From assembly GCA_038824035.1 (NCBI GenBank), contig JAWBBW010000004.1, positions 1 through 64,000 of the forward strand: a DNA stretch of 64,000 nt. The letters are read 5' to 3'. Positions 30,151-40,446 of the stretch are shown in pieces. The translations under genes were made by a program, and so were the position numbers. The DNA comes from Desulfurococcaceae archaeon. Its GTDB lineage: Archaea; Thermoproteota; Thermoprotei_A; Sulfolobales; Desulfurococcaceae. The notes under the pieces were generated by a model. It was not told where the DNA came from. It made no database searches and saw only the letters and a program-made list of their open reading frames with translations. How positions within the stretch are numbered: position 1 is the stretch's first letter; each line of letters begins with the position of its first letter.

Positions 30151-31635
30151 ATGGTATTTGTCAAGACAATAAACGGTGAATTAAAATACATCGAAGACAT
30201 AAGGATCAGGGTATTCCAAAAACTGAGATTACCACCACTTGATGAGAGACTGAGAACATTGAAGATTTATGGATGGAATACATTCAAGATCCCGATTGAA
30301 AAGATATTCATAGATATGTTGACAGATAGCGGTGTGAACGCCGTTAGCTTAGAGCAATTATCCGATATGATGGGGCTTGGATTAGAGGATGCATATGCAG
30401 GTAATAGGGCTTATTACAAGTTACTAGAGGTGTTCAAGGAATTTATACCACATAAACATGTTGTCCTGACACATCAGGGTAGAGCGGCGGAGAACCTCGT
30501 GTTCAAGGTCTTGATGAGAAATGGCAAGAAACCATACGTGTTGACAAACATACACTTCACTACAACCAGGGCCATTATAGAAAGGGTGTATGGAGGTAGA
30601 ATGATAGAGTTACCAATCGAGGAGGCGTTCAATCCGGATAGCCTATTTGAATTCAAAGGCAACATGGATACATCAATGTTGGAAGAGGAGATCAGGAGAA
30701 TTGGCAGAGAAAATATTGCAGCCGTTAGAATGGAGTATGCGGCTAACCTTCTTGGTGGACAGCCATTTAGTCTGAAAAACTACATAGAAGTAAGAGAGAT
30801 CTGTGATAAATACGGCATACCATTAGTCGCCGATATCAGCATGGCTGATTGGCAAATAGCCCTCATGAAAGAACGTGACCCCCTGGCATCGGGCAAATCC
30901 GCTGCCAAGATATTAAGTGAGTTGATGGAATTGACAGACATATCCTATGCAAGTGCTAGGAAAGGGTTCTATGTACGAGGGGGCTTCATAACTGTCAAGG
31001 ATAACGACAACATATATAGAGAGCTGAACGCGTGGCAGACTGTTTTCGAAGGACACACGACTTATGGAGGTATGAGTCTAAAAGAGGTCGCGATGTTGAT
31101 AGATGGGATTAAAATGGCATTCGATGACAATCTCCCGTTCTATGAACTCGAACAAATAAAGTACGCCGTGAGGGAGCTAGATAGGCATGAAATACCGGTA
31201 ATTAAGCCGCCTGGTGGCCTTGGCATACACATTGATGCCAAGAGATTTCTACCACACATACCACTCATACCGAGTGATAACAGTGGCGGATACCCAGCCG
31301 GTGCATTGGTCACAGCTGTCTACCTGGTCTCCGGGATACGGGGAATGGAGCGTGGACAGATCTCCATGGATCGAGACCCGGTTACATTCGAGGAAATACC
31401 GGTCAAACTCGACCTGGTCAGGTTTGGTATCCCGAGGAAAACATATCTAAAAGGCCATGTGGATTATCTCGTCGACAGGTTGATATGGCTATATGAACAC
31501 AAGGAAATCATCAAAGGGCTTAAATGGATCTACGAGCCACCGGTGTTAAGGTTCTTCGAAGGAATATTGGAAGATGTTGGAAACTGGGGCAATAAGCTAG
31601 CAGAGATTTATGTAAAAGAACTCGGGGATGTATAA
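30151..31635 (+). CDS. PLP-dependent beta-eliminating lyase (tryptophanase/tyrosine phenol-lyase family), TPL-type residues
   Basis: DMLTDSG, DAYAG, HQGRAAE, HFTTTR, FKGNMD, GGQPFS, PLP-lysine motif SARK, EG..TYGG, GMERG, LRFF. Confidence 0.92.
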   Translation: MVFVKTINGELKYIEDIRIRVFQKLRLPPLDERLRTLKIYGWNTFKIPIEKIFIDMLTDSGVNAVSLEQLSDMMGLGLEDAYAGNRAYYKLLEVFKEFIPHKHVVLTHQGRAAENLVFKVLMRNGKKPYVLTNIHFTTTRAIIERVYGGRMIELPIEEAFNPDSLFEFKGNMDTSMLEEEIRRIGRENIAAVRMEYAANLLGGQPFSLKNYIEVREICDKYGIPLVADISMADWQIALMKERDPLASGKSAAKILSELMELTDISYASARKGFYVRGGFITVKDNDNIYRELNAWQTVFEGHTTYGGMSLKEVAMLIDGIKMAFDDNLPFYELEQIKYAVRELDRHEIPVIKPPGGLGIHIDAKRFLPHIPLIPSDNSGGYPAGALVTAVYLVSGIRGMERGQISMDRDPVTFEEIPVKLDLVRFGIPRKTYLKGHVDYLVDRLIWLYEHKEIIKGLKWIYEPPVLRFFEGILEDVGNWGNKLAEIYVKELGDV

Positions 31636-31643
31636 CTAGTCCT

Positions 31644-32294
31644 CTAAGTTATTGATTGCAATAGTTTTTGCTTATCAATTAACCTATCATGCGCTGGTAA
31701 GTCTACTACCTTGTTGCCTATAATACAGGAGAATTTCCACTTATTCGTATCTAAGCGATATAGAACGTAGACAGGCGTGACATTTGCACTTAATACACCA
31801 TTTCTATATCCGATCATTTCGATCAAGTCTTTTAATAACCTAAGCCTAGTTATAACCCCGAGTTGATATCCCAATTGCTCTGCCTCCTCTCCACCTCTCG
31901 GTATGAACCAGCCCAGAACCATTTTCTTAATGCCGCGAAGAGATTTACTTGCCTGATCCCATGCCGTTGTTACACGCTTCTCAATACTATCTATTACATT
32001 TGATATATAATGTTCTATTTCATCTTTATCGCATTTACACGTTGTTTCCAGTAACCTGAAATTATAACGGCCCCCAAACACTATTTTGTCGATACCAATG
32101 GGGCTTTTGAACGATAGGAAAAACCTGTTTTCCAGTATATCCTGTGCAAGATAATTGTGTAAAGAGCAATCGAATACATATGTGTCCTTGATCCTGTCAA
32201 ATGGCGTTATCAACGCCGCCTTGCCCCAGAAACAAATATCTTTTTCACAATACCTGTTTAACAAGGAATCATCAGCACTTATGAATGATACCAT
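31644..32294 (-). CDS. Hypothetical protein, last gene of the gcvPA-gcvPB-lpdA run
   Basis: 216-aa ORF starting 4 nt after the lpdA stop, with a GAGGTGA RBS. Confidence 0.7.
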   Translation of the reverse strand: MVSFISADDSLLNRYCEKDICFWGKAALITPFDRIKDTYVFDCSLHNYLAQDILENRFFLSFKSPIGIDKIVFGGRYNFRLLETTCKCDKDEIEHYISNVIDSIEKRVTTAWDQASKSLRGIKKMVLGWFIPRGGEEAEQLGYQLGVITRLRLLKDLIEMIGYRNGVLSANVTPVYVLYRLDTNKWKFSCIIGNKVVDLPAHDRLIDKQKLLQSIT

Positions 32295-32298
32295 TGAT

Positions 32299-33666
32299 TC
32301 ACCTCTTCAATATAATGTGTATCGATTCCCCCATTATATATTCAGCTAGTTCGCGAAGTGATTCTGAAACGGTTAGATGTGGGTAGGGAAGTTTCATTGT
32401 TTCCTCTATTGATATCTTGCCGAGATAAAGCGGTAGATAAGAAGATACTATCTCCGATGCATTCGGCGCTACTATTTGTAACCCATATATCTTCTCTCCC
32501 TTGTCACTATCCATTAAAACCTTCACAAAGGAGTGTCTAGATCCCTTGATCTTAACTGATGCAAGATGATATATTGGTAACTTGACCTTAATGTATTTAA
32601 TCCCCCTCTCTCTCAGCTGTTTCTCAGTCGACCCGATGAGCGCTATTTCCAAACCTGTGAATATGGTCACGGGCATGGCATCATAGTTCACTTGGAAAAA
32701 GCCATCACCACTTATCGCTCTGGCGACGGATATGCTTTCAAGTAATGCTTTATGGGCTAATAATTGTCCTCCAATTACATCGCCAACCGCATATATGCCT
32801 GGTACTGCCTCATACGTCTCATTGACCTTTATAAAGCCCTTGTTATCGAGCTCTATACCAGCCTCCACTAAGCCTATTCCACTGGTCTTAGGCTTTCTAC
32901 CAATAGCCACTAGTACTTTGTCAATGCACACCTCTTTGCCACTGGATAAATGGGCGATGTATTTCCCATTCACTTTATCAATGCGCGTGACGCTTGTTCC
33001 CTCGTATATCTTTATGCCTTTTTCAACAAGATATGATCTCAGCGCCGTTGCCACATCCTTATCCGCAAATGGCAATATGTGATCAGAGATCTCGACCACG
33101 GTGATATCCACGCCGAGTGATGAAAATACATTAGCCATTTCAACACCCACAACACCGCCACCGATTATCAACATACTGCCCGGTTTCTCATCGAGATACA
33201 CCACTTCTCTATTACTCAATATGCCTTTTCCGTCAAATCTAGCATTGGGCAAATCAACCGGATCTGTGCCGAGGGCCAATATCAACTTGTCTGCCTCTAT
33301 TTCCCGGCCTTCCTCCGAGATCTTCAGTGTTCTACGTGTTTTCAACAACGCCTTGCCCATGTATATTTCAACATTGTTTTTCTCCAACAAGTATTGAATA
33401 CCTTCCCTCGATGCAGTAACTATGTTCTTAACCCATGTGGCCAAGTTTGCCCAGTCGTACTCAATTTTTCCATTCACCTTTGAAACAGCCCTCATGGCCT
33501 CGGCTATGTGATAAAGGGCCTTTGTGGGGACACATCCGTAATTTGTGCACTCACCACCTATCATATGCTCCTCTACAATGGCTGTTTTAAATCCCTTGTT
33601 AGCCAGGTATATTGCCGCTGGGTATCCACCTATGCCAGAGCCTATCACAACGACATCATATTTCAC
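32299..33666 (-). CDS. lpdA: Dihydrolipoamide dehydrogenase (glycine cleavage L protein)
   Basis: GSGIGG FAD motif, GGECTNYGCVPTK redox disulfide, GGGVVGVE, GD, HLTVSE. GTG start at 33666 overlaps the gcvPB stop (GTGA). Confidence 0.92.
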   Translation of the reverse strand: MKYDVVVIGSGIGGYPAAIYLANKGFKTAIVEEHMIGGECTNYGCVPTKALYHIAEAMRAVSKVNGKIEYDWANLATWVKNIVTASREGIQYLLEKNNVEIYMGKALLKTRRTLKISEEGREIEADKLILALGTDPVDLPNARFDGKGILSNREVVYLDEKPGSMLIIGGGVVGVEMANVFSSLGVDITVVEISDHILPFADKDVATALRSYLVEKGIKIYEGTSVTRIDKVNGKYIAHLSSGKEVCIDKVLVAIGRKPKTSGIGLVEAGIELDNKGFIKVNETYEAVPGIYAVGDVIGGQLLAHKALLESISVARAISGDGFFQVNYDAMPVTIFTGLEIALIGSTEKQLRERGIKYIKVKLPIYHLASVKIKGSRHSFVKVLMDSDKGEKIYGLQIVAPNASEIVSSYLPLYLGKISIEETMKLPYPHLTVSESLRELAEYIMGESIHIILKR

Positions 33667-35222
33667 TTTATCTCTCCTCTCAATCTTTTCAAATAAATCC
33701 TCCACGTGGGTGATAAATGCTTGGGATGATTGGCTTTCACCAGGTCAACTCTGTTGACACTGGTTTTTAAAGGCCACTTGCTTGGTTCATGTGGATTTTT
33801 GTATGCAATTTCACTTATCTCTTGCAATCTCTCCACATATTTCTCGACTATTTCCGGTGTCTCTGATTCAGTGAACTCTATTTGCAAAGCCTCCTTGACA
33901 ATCACTGGGAAATACATGGTGGGGGCGTGTAGGCCTCTATCTAGTAGTCCTTTCGCGACATCTTCGGCCCTGACCCCGGTATCCTCCATCAATGGGCTAG
34001 CACTGATAACTATTTCATGCTTATGAGGCCTGTTCTCACCGTATGGAATAATATATCCCTTGACATTTCTTATTAATTTTTTGAAATAATTAGTTAATAA
34101 AACTGCATGTTCTGTTACTTTTCTCAAACCCTCTGCCCCCATCATGGCTATGTACACGTATGCCCATATCAGCGGTATCACATTCGCGAAGAAGGATTTT
34201 ACTAAGCCCACGCTGTGTTCACCAGGACCCTTTAAACGATACATCCCACTTCCTTCGTCATAGACCACGAGATATCCTGGGACAAGGTCTCTAAGCCTTA
34301 TCCCTTTATCCGGGTCCACGGGCCTATCCTTTACGCATATGGGCCCTGCTCCAGGGCCTCCGCCGCCATGAGGTGAGCTAAATGTCTTGTGTAGATTTAA
34401 ATGGGCAATGTCGAACCCCATATCCCCTGGCCTTGTATAACCCATTATGCCATTTAAGTTAGCACCATCGTAGTATAGTAGCGCGTCATATTCATGAATG
34501 ATCTTCGCTATCTCTATTATGTTCTCCTCGAATAATCCGAATGTATTTGGATTAGTGATCATGAGGCCTGCCGTTGAATCCCCTACCACAGCCCTCAACG
34601 CGTTCATGTCTATGTTTCCATCGGGGTTAGATGGTATCTCTATTACCCTGAAACCCGCCATGCTCGCACTAGCCGGGTTTGTGCCGTGTGCACTATCTGG
34701 TATTATTATGTCCCTTTTCCTATCCAGTTGCCCACGTATTTCATGGTATTTCCTGATAGTTAATACACCAGCCAATTCCCCATGAGCGCCTGCCGCCGGG
34801 TGTAAGACACAGATATCCATACCGGTTATATTTGCAAGCCATTTCTGAAGTTCATACATTATCTCCAAGATCCCTTGTACAGTGCTTTCATCTTGCAGTG
34901 GATGTAAGTATAATATGTCCTCGTTGAACGCTATATCCCATGCTATTCTTGGATTATACTTCATGGTGCACGAGCCAAGGGGCACAGGGCCTGTGTCCAC
35001 TCCATGCGACATTTGCGATAACCTTGTGAAATGCCTAATGACCTCTATCTCGCTGAGCTCAGGTAGAGCTGGTTCTTTTTCTCTCAACATCTCAGCTGGG
35101 ATCTCAAGTCCACCAACTAGTTCCTTTACATCGTTCTCTATGTCTGGTAGCAGTATACCTATTCGGCCTGGAGAGCCCATTTCGAATACCAATGGCTCAC
35201 TCCACTTGGATTGTCTATACAA
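33663..35222 (-). CDS. gcvPB: Glycine dehydrogenase (decarboxylating) subunit 2
   Basis: PLGSCTMKYNP, AGAHGE, SAHGTNPASA, YDGANLN, PLP motif HLNLHKTF, PHGGGGPG. Confidence 0.97.
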   Translation of the reverse strand: MYRQSKWSEPLVFEMGSPGRIGILLPDIENDVKELVGGLEIPAEMLREKEPALPELSEIEVIRHFTRLSQMSHGVDTGPVPLGSCTMKYNPRIAWDIAFNEDILYLHPLQDESTVQGILEIMYELQKWLANITGMDICVLHPAAGAHGELAGVLTIRKYHEIRGQLDRKRDIIIPDSAHGTNPASASMAGFRVIEIPSNPDGNIDMNALRAVVGDSTAGLMITNPNTFGLFEENIIEIAKIIHEYDALLYYDGANLNGIMGYTRPGDMGFDIAHLNLHKTFSSPHGGGGPGAGPICVKDRPVDPDKGIRLRDLVPGYLVVYDEGSGMYRLKGPGEHSVGLVKSFFANVIPLIWAYVYIAMMGAEGLRKVTEHAVLLTNYFKKLIRNVKGYIIPYGENRPHKHEIVISASPLMEDTGVRAEDVAKGLLDRGLHAPTMYFPVIVKEALQIEFTESETPEIVEKYVERLQEISEIAYKNPHEPSKWPLKTSVNRVDLVKANHPKHLSPTWRIYLKRLRGEIK

Positions 35223-35228
35223 TTCACA

Positions 35229-36638
35229 TCACCTGTTATTCAATATCTCTAGAAGGGCTTCAACGAGCAAGTCTATGTCTTTTTTCAAGTGAAGCTCCGT
35301 GAAAGCGAATAAGGCTGTTTCACCGAGTTCCTTGAAAAGCCCCCCTATATATAGCCCGCCATGAATACCTCTTTCCAATAGTTTAATATGTATGTGTGAA
35401 TACCTAGTACCGGTTTTAGTGAATGATACTGGAAACTCGTTGAAGAAAGCTCCTTTGAACACATCCACGTCGAGTCCAGCTTTCCTCATTTTTAGCCATG
35501 CATAATGAGCTCTGTAATAATTGATCTCGGCTAATTTCTTGACACCGTTTTTACCGAGCAACGATAGATATACCGCGACCGCTATCGCTACCAATGCCTC
35601 GTTTGTACAGATATTCGAAGTGGCCTTTTCCCTCCTGATATGTTGTTCCCTTGCCTGGAGTATCATTGCAAATGCCCTTTCACCGCCATCCAACGTGTTC
35701 GTTAAACCAATGATCCTGCCTGGCATTTGTCTTAATAAGTTATTGTCATACCTAATGGCGAAGATCCCCAGGTGTGGTCCACCATAACTCATGCCTAGTC
35801 CAAATGGTTGTCCATCTCCCACCGCTATATCCGCACCAAGCTCTCCAGGCGGTTTTAAAAAACCCAATGACACCGGGTATACCCCTATTATAAACAAGGA
35901 GTCCTTCTCATGAGCTATCTCCCCCATTGCTTTTACGCCTGTCTCCACTATGCCGAAGAAATTAGGATATTGAACATATACAGCCGCTGTATCGTGGTCT
36001 ACTTGCTCCTTAAGCTCCTCAATATCCACCATACCGGTGTATTCATCATATTTAACATTTACTATCTTGACATTGTGCGGCCACGTATATGTCTCCACCA
36101 CTTTCCTATGCCATGGATTCATATTACTGGGTAATATTATCTTCTTCCTATCTTTCTTAACCCTCAGAGCCATTAACACGGCCTCTGCCAGCGAAGATCC
36201 CCAGTCATACATGGAGGCATTGACGATATCCATATCGAGTAATTCCGCCATCAAGCTCTGGTATTCAAACAACGCTTGCATCAATCCCTGCGAGATTTCG
36301 GCTTGATAAGGTGTATATGCTGTGAGGAACTCGCCTCGTGAAATAATGTATTTCACAACCGGTGGGACATAGTGAGGATATACACCGCCCCCCATGAATG
36401 GGGGTGCAACGAGTTTCTTATTCTTAGATAATTTCTCGTTGATAATCCTCTTCACCTCGATTTCCGATAACGGTCTTCCAAAGCCTATTTCAATGGAATT
36501 CCATAGATCCCTTGGGATCCTGAGGTCCCTGGGTATGTCGTTGAATAATTCCTCTACATCTTTAATGCCAATCGTCTCTAGCAGTTTGCCGAGATCTCTT
36601 TGCGTGGAACTAGGTATCCATGGGTTTGATCTACTCAA
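35229..36638 (-). CDS. gcvPA: Glycine dehydrogenase (decarboxylating) subunit 1
   Basis: EFLTAYTPYQAEISQG, NASMYD, YGGPHLG, REQHIRREKATSNICTN. Confidence 0.97.
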   Translation of the reverse strand: MSRSNPWIPSSTQRDLGKLLETIGIKDVEELFNDIPRDLRIPRDLWNSIEIGFGRPLSEIEVKRIINEKLSKNKKLVAPPFMGGGVYPHYVPPVVKYIISRGEFLTAYTPYQAEISQGLMQALFEYQSLMAELLDMDIVNASMYDWGSSLAEAVLMALRVKKDRKKIILPSNMNPWHRKVVETYTWPHNVKIVNVKYDEYTGMVDIEELKEQVDHDTAAVYVQYPNFFGIVETGVKAMGEIAHEKDSLFIIGVYPVSLGFLKPPGELGADIAVGDGQPFGLGMSYGGPHLGIFAIRYDNNLLRQMPGRIIGLTNTLDGGERAFAMILQAREQHIRREKATSNICTNEALVAIAVAVYLSLLGKNGVKKLAEINYYRAHYAWLKMRKAGLDVDVFKGAFFNEFPVSFTKTGTRYSHIHIKLLERGIHGGLYIGGLFKELGETALFAFTELHLKKDIDLLVEALLEILNNR

Positions 36639-36720
36639 TTAGATCACACGTCATACTCACTATCGTGTACCAAATACTTAAGTGTCATTTTTTACTTTTT
36701 CCAATAATGAATAAAAACAA

Positions 36721-37860
36721 TTGACATGGGTAAGTATTTATATGCCTCGGATACCATTGCTAGATCTCCATTTGGAGAGGCTTGGTTGTGAGACCGGTTT
36801 TTTCAGCGGTTGGGAAGTGCCACTGAGGTATACCAGTGCTATTGAAGAGCACATGAATGTACGTAGAGATGTCGGCTTTTTCGATGTCTCCCACATGGGC
36901 AAGATCTCGTTGAAAGGTCCCGACGCGTTTCCACTAATACAGTACATATATACCAGGGATATGAGCAAGGTCAAGGAATACCATATGAGTGGCCCCACAC
37001 TAGCCTTAAATGAATATGCCCGTGTAAAGGATGATGAAATGCTTTATAAAATACATGACGAGGAATGGCTCGTGGTGGCTAACGCGATCGCTACTAACAA
37101 GATGATTGAATACATTGAAAACGTTGTCAAGGGAAAGGGGTTTAGAGTTAAAGTAATGGACCTCACTCACGAATACTCTATTATAGCATTACAAGGGCCA
37201 AGATCAATTGATGTTATGGAATCCATTGGCGCGAAATGGGCAGGTGACTTGAAGCCGCTGGAATTTGTGACCAACGTGGAGATAAGTGGTTCTAAATTGT
37301 TCTTAGTGAGTAGAAGTGGTTGGACAGGTGAAGATGGATTCGAGATCTGGGGACATCATGGCGAGATCAAAAGGTTCTTGGAAATGCTTATTGAAAAAGG
37401 GGTTAAACCAGCTGGCCTCATAGCGAGGGATACCCTTAGAATTGAAATGGGATACGTGCTTAATGGCCAGGATTATGGAGAAGATCCATTGAAATACCCA
37501 TGTGCTATCAGCCTCAGGTATGGAATGGGGGCTATTTCTTGGAGTAAAAGAGGATATGTGGGTGAACAAATGTTGAGATCATATAGAATAGAGGGGGTTA
37601 AATGGGTTAGAATGGGGTTGAAGCTGAGTAAAGAAGCCGGTAAGTTATTTCCAAGAAATGGCGCCGGCATATATGTTGAGAACAATATGATAGGGTGGAT
37701 CACGAGTGGTTGTTACTCTCCTGTGTTGAACAGGGGTATTGCAATGGGCTATATCAGGGCAGAATACGCCATCCTAGGTGAAGAGGTTGAAGTGGATATA
37801 AGGGGTAATAGGTATTCGGCCAAGGTAGTTGATTTTCCATTTATTAATATTAATAAATAA
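36721..37860 (+). CDS. gcvT: Glycine cleavage system aminomethyltransferase T
   Basis: F.GWEVP..Y, FDVSHMG, ALQGP, SRSGWTGEDGFE, ARDTLRIE, ITSG.YSP. Confidence 0.96.
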   Translation: MTWVSIYMPRIPLLDLHLERLGCETGFFSGWEVPLRYTSAIEEHMNVRRDVGFFDVSHMGKISLKGPDAFPLIQYIYTRDMSKVKEYHMSGPTLALNEYARVKDDEMLYKIHDEEWLVVANAIATNKMIEYIENVVKGKGFRVKVMDLTHEYSIIALQGPRSIDVMESIGAKWAGDLKPLEFVTNVEISGSKLFLVSRSGWTGEDGFEIWGHHGEIKRFLEMLIEKGVKPAGLIARDTLRIEMGYVLNGQDYGEDPLKYPCAISLRYGMGAISWSKRGYVGEQMLRSYRIEGVKWVRMGLKLSKEAGKLFPRNGAGIYVENNMIGWITSGCYSPVLNRGIAMGYIRAEYAILGEEVEVDIRGNRYSAKVVDFPFININK

Positions 37861-37902
37861 TTTTTTACAAGATTCGCTGTATTTTCATAATAGGGTGGTA
37901 TC

Positions 37903-39255
37903 TTGGCATATGAATATGGCGAATCTCCGGGCTTAGATGCACTTATCGAGATCTACCCTGATCTAAGGGAGGTTTTGAATCTAACCATAAACCACACAGT
38001 GTGGAGAAAGAGAGAATGCTTGAACATGATTGCAAGTGAAAACGTCATGTCACCATTGGCTATGCTTGTCTACTTAAATGACATGATGCATAGATATGCC
38101 GAGGGGAAACCGTATAAGAGGTTTTACCAAGGGCTTAAATATGTAGATCCTCTCGAAACCAAGGCACAGCAGATCCTAGGCGATCTATTGAACACTAAAT
38201 ATGTCGATCTACGCCCAATAAGCGGGACAACGGCCAATGCATCTGTGTTCAGGGCTTTCACGAAACCGGGTGATAAGGCTGTGGTTGTGCCAGTGCAAGC
38301 CGGTGCCCATGTAAGCCACACACGACATGGCACACTTGGTGCATTGGGAATACAGCAGATTGATATGCCATTCGACATAGAGGAGTGGAATATAGATGTG
38401 GATAAGGCTACTAAGTTGATCGAGGAGGTTGAGCCGAAAATAGTGACCCTTGGTGGTTCCCTTTACTTGTTCCCACATCCCACAAGGGAGATAGCGGAGG
38501 TAGCACATAGAGTAGGAGCTAAGGTGATCCACGACGTCGCACATGTACTTGGCCTCATAGTTGGCAAGGTATGGGAAAACCCGCTTGAGCTCGGAGCCGA
38601 TGTAATCACGTCATCAACTCACAAGACTTTTCCAGGCCCTCAAGGAGGTCTAATAGCCACTTCTAATGAAGAGGATTACAAGGAGATCGGTAAAGTGGTG
38701 TTCCCGATGTTTGTCTCCAATCACCATTTACATAGATTATCCGCAACAGCTGTCACAGCTATCGAGATGAAGATATGGGGACAACAATACGCCAGACAAG
38801 TAGTTGAGAACGCTAAAATCCTTGCCGAGGCGCTCGCCAACGAAGGGTTTAAGGTAGTTATGGAGAAGAAAGGGTTTACTCAAAGCCACCAAGTGGTTCT
38901 TGATGTCACCAATATGGGTAGAGGCTCTAAAGTGGCTTTGATGCTCGAGGAGGCAAATATAATTGTCAACAAGAACATGTTACCATGGGATAAGCCCGAA
39001 GATGTCAAGGACCCGAGTGGGTTGAGACTTGGCACACAGGAATTGACAAGGTGGGGTATGGGCAAAGACGAGATGATCGAGATAGCCAGGTTTATGAGAA
39101 TGGTTGTTATCGATAAAAAAGATCCAGCGGATGTCCGTAAAAAGGTCGTGGAGTTCAGGAAAGACTTCATGGAGGTCCAATACGGTTTCAAGATCACTAG
39201 AGAAGATGAGACAAGGTTATTAAAAATAATGCTACACGCGGAGAGGTGGGATTAA
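37903..39255 (+). CDS. glyA: Serine hydroxymethyltransferase
   Basis: [27 protein letters not shown] motif [26 protein letters not shown]. Confidence 0.97.
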   Translation: MAYEYGESPGLDALIEIYPDLREVLNLTINHTVWRKRECLNMIASENVMSPLAMLVYLNDMMHRYAEGKPYKRFYQGLKYVDPLETKAQQILGDLLNTKYVDLRPISGTTANASVFRAFTKPGDKAVVVPVQAGAHVSHTRHGTLGALGIQQIDMPFDIEEWNIDVDKATKLIEEVEPKIVTLGGSLYLFPHPTREIAEVAHRVGAKVIHDVAHVLGLIVGKVWENPLELGADVITSSTHKTFPGPQGGLIATSNEEDYKEIGKVVFPMFVSNHHLHRLSATAVTAIEMKIWGQQYARQVVENAKILAEALANEGFKVVMEKKGFTQSHQVVLDVTNMGRGSKVALMLEEANIIVNKNMLPWDKPEDVKDPSGLRLGTQELTRWGMGKDEMIEIARFMRMVVIDKKDPADVRKKVVEFRKDFMEVQYGFKITREDETRLLKIMLHAERWD

Positions 39256-39683
39256 TGAGCGAGATCATCGTGGAGATAGGCAAGAGGAAATACATTGTCA
39301 AGGCTGATAGAAAATACACAGAAACCGATGAATGGGTATTAATGGAGAAATCCGGCGCGAAAATAGGCATAACTGATTACGCACAAAAGGAGCTAAAGGA
39401 CGTAGTCGCAATAGAGATGCCTGAGCTAGGCAGGGTTGTGAAAAAAGGCGAGGAATTAGGCATGATAGACTCGGTGAAGGCTACATCGCCTTATTACGCC
39501 CCGATCTCTGGTAAAATAGTGGCTGTGAACAAGGAATTGGAGACCTCGCCAGAGCTCTTGAATAAGGATCCATATGGAGCTGGCTGGATACTCGTAATAG
39601 AGCCCAGTGATCCAAGCGAATATGAAGAACTCTTAACACCGGAGAAATACGTGGAATTGATCAAGAGTAGGAAACGGCAGTGA
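39246..39683 (+). CDS. gcvH: Glycine cleavage system H protein
   Basis: EW...IGITDYAQ, lipoyl-lysine motif DSVKA, P.L.NKDPYG.GW. Confidence 0.96.
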   Translation: MGLMSEIIVEIGKRKYIVKADRKYTETDEWVLMEKSGAKIGITDYAQKELKDVVAIEMPELGRVVKKGEELGMIDSVKATSPYYAPISGKIVAVNKELETSPELLNKDPYGAGWILVIEPSDPSEYEELLTPEKYVELIKSRKRQ

Positions 39684-39700
39684 AGTGAAAGGGGCGTATT

Positions 39701-40414
39701 GTGGAAAACCAAATATCATTTCCAAAGTTAACTGCTAAGGAACTCGCATCGATGATTGACCATACATTGTTGAAGCCGGATGCTGATTACAAATTGCTCG
39801 AGAAATACATAGATGACACAAAGAGATATGGCTTTAAACTATTAATAATACCGCTCTCGCTTGTGGAAAAGGCATTAGAAATTAGTGGCAAGACCATTGA
39901 CATAGGCACTGTGATAGGGTTCCCTCTAGGTAATACATCCATTAATGTGAAAGTGGCTGAAGCAATTGAAGCGGCCGAGCTCGGCGTGGCCGAGATAGAT
40001 ATGGTCATGAACATCAATTTGTTTAAATCAAGGGAATATGACAAGGTATTAGAAGAGATAAGGAGAATTGTGAGTGAAAGTAGGAGACGCGGAGTCAGGA
40101 CAATAAAAGTGATCATAGAGACGGGTTTACTAAGTGATGATGAAAAGGCCGCGGCAACCGAGATCGTCGCGAAATCGGGAGCTGATTATGTAAAGACCTG
40201 TACAGGGTTTCTAGGCTCTGTCGCGACAATTCACGATGTTTATTTATTGAATAGAGTGGCTAAGGGAAGGGTTAGGATTAAGGCAGCTGGCGGTATAAGA
40301 CATGCCGTGGATGCGTTAACGATGATAATGGCTGGGGCTAGTAGGATAGGGACAAGCACAGGCAATGTCATTATAGACGAGTTTCAACAACTCGAAAAAG
40401 CCTTTGATATTTAA
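39701..40414 (+). CDS. deoC: Deoxyribose-phosphate aldolase
   Basis: IDHTLLKP, VIGFPLG, EIDMV, KVIIET, YVKTCTG, KAAGGIR, RIGTS. Confidence 0.96.
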   Translation: MENQISFPKLTAKELASMIDHTLLKPDADYKLLEKYIDDTKRYGFKLLIIPLSLVEKALEISGKTIDIGTVIGFPLGNTSINVKVAEAIEAAELGVAEIDMVMNINLFKSREYDKVLEEIRRIVSESRRRGVRTIKVIIETGLLSDDEKAAATEIVAKSGADYVKTCTGFLGSVATIHDVYLLNRVAKGRVRIKAAGGIRHAVDALTMIMAGASRIGTSTGNVIIDEFQQLEKAFDI

Positions 40415-40446
40415 TAAAGGTTGGCGATTTTAACGGAATAAAGACG

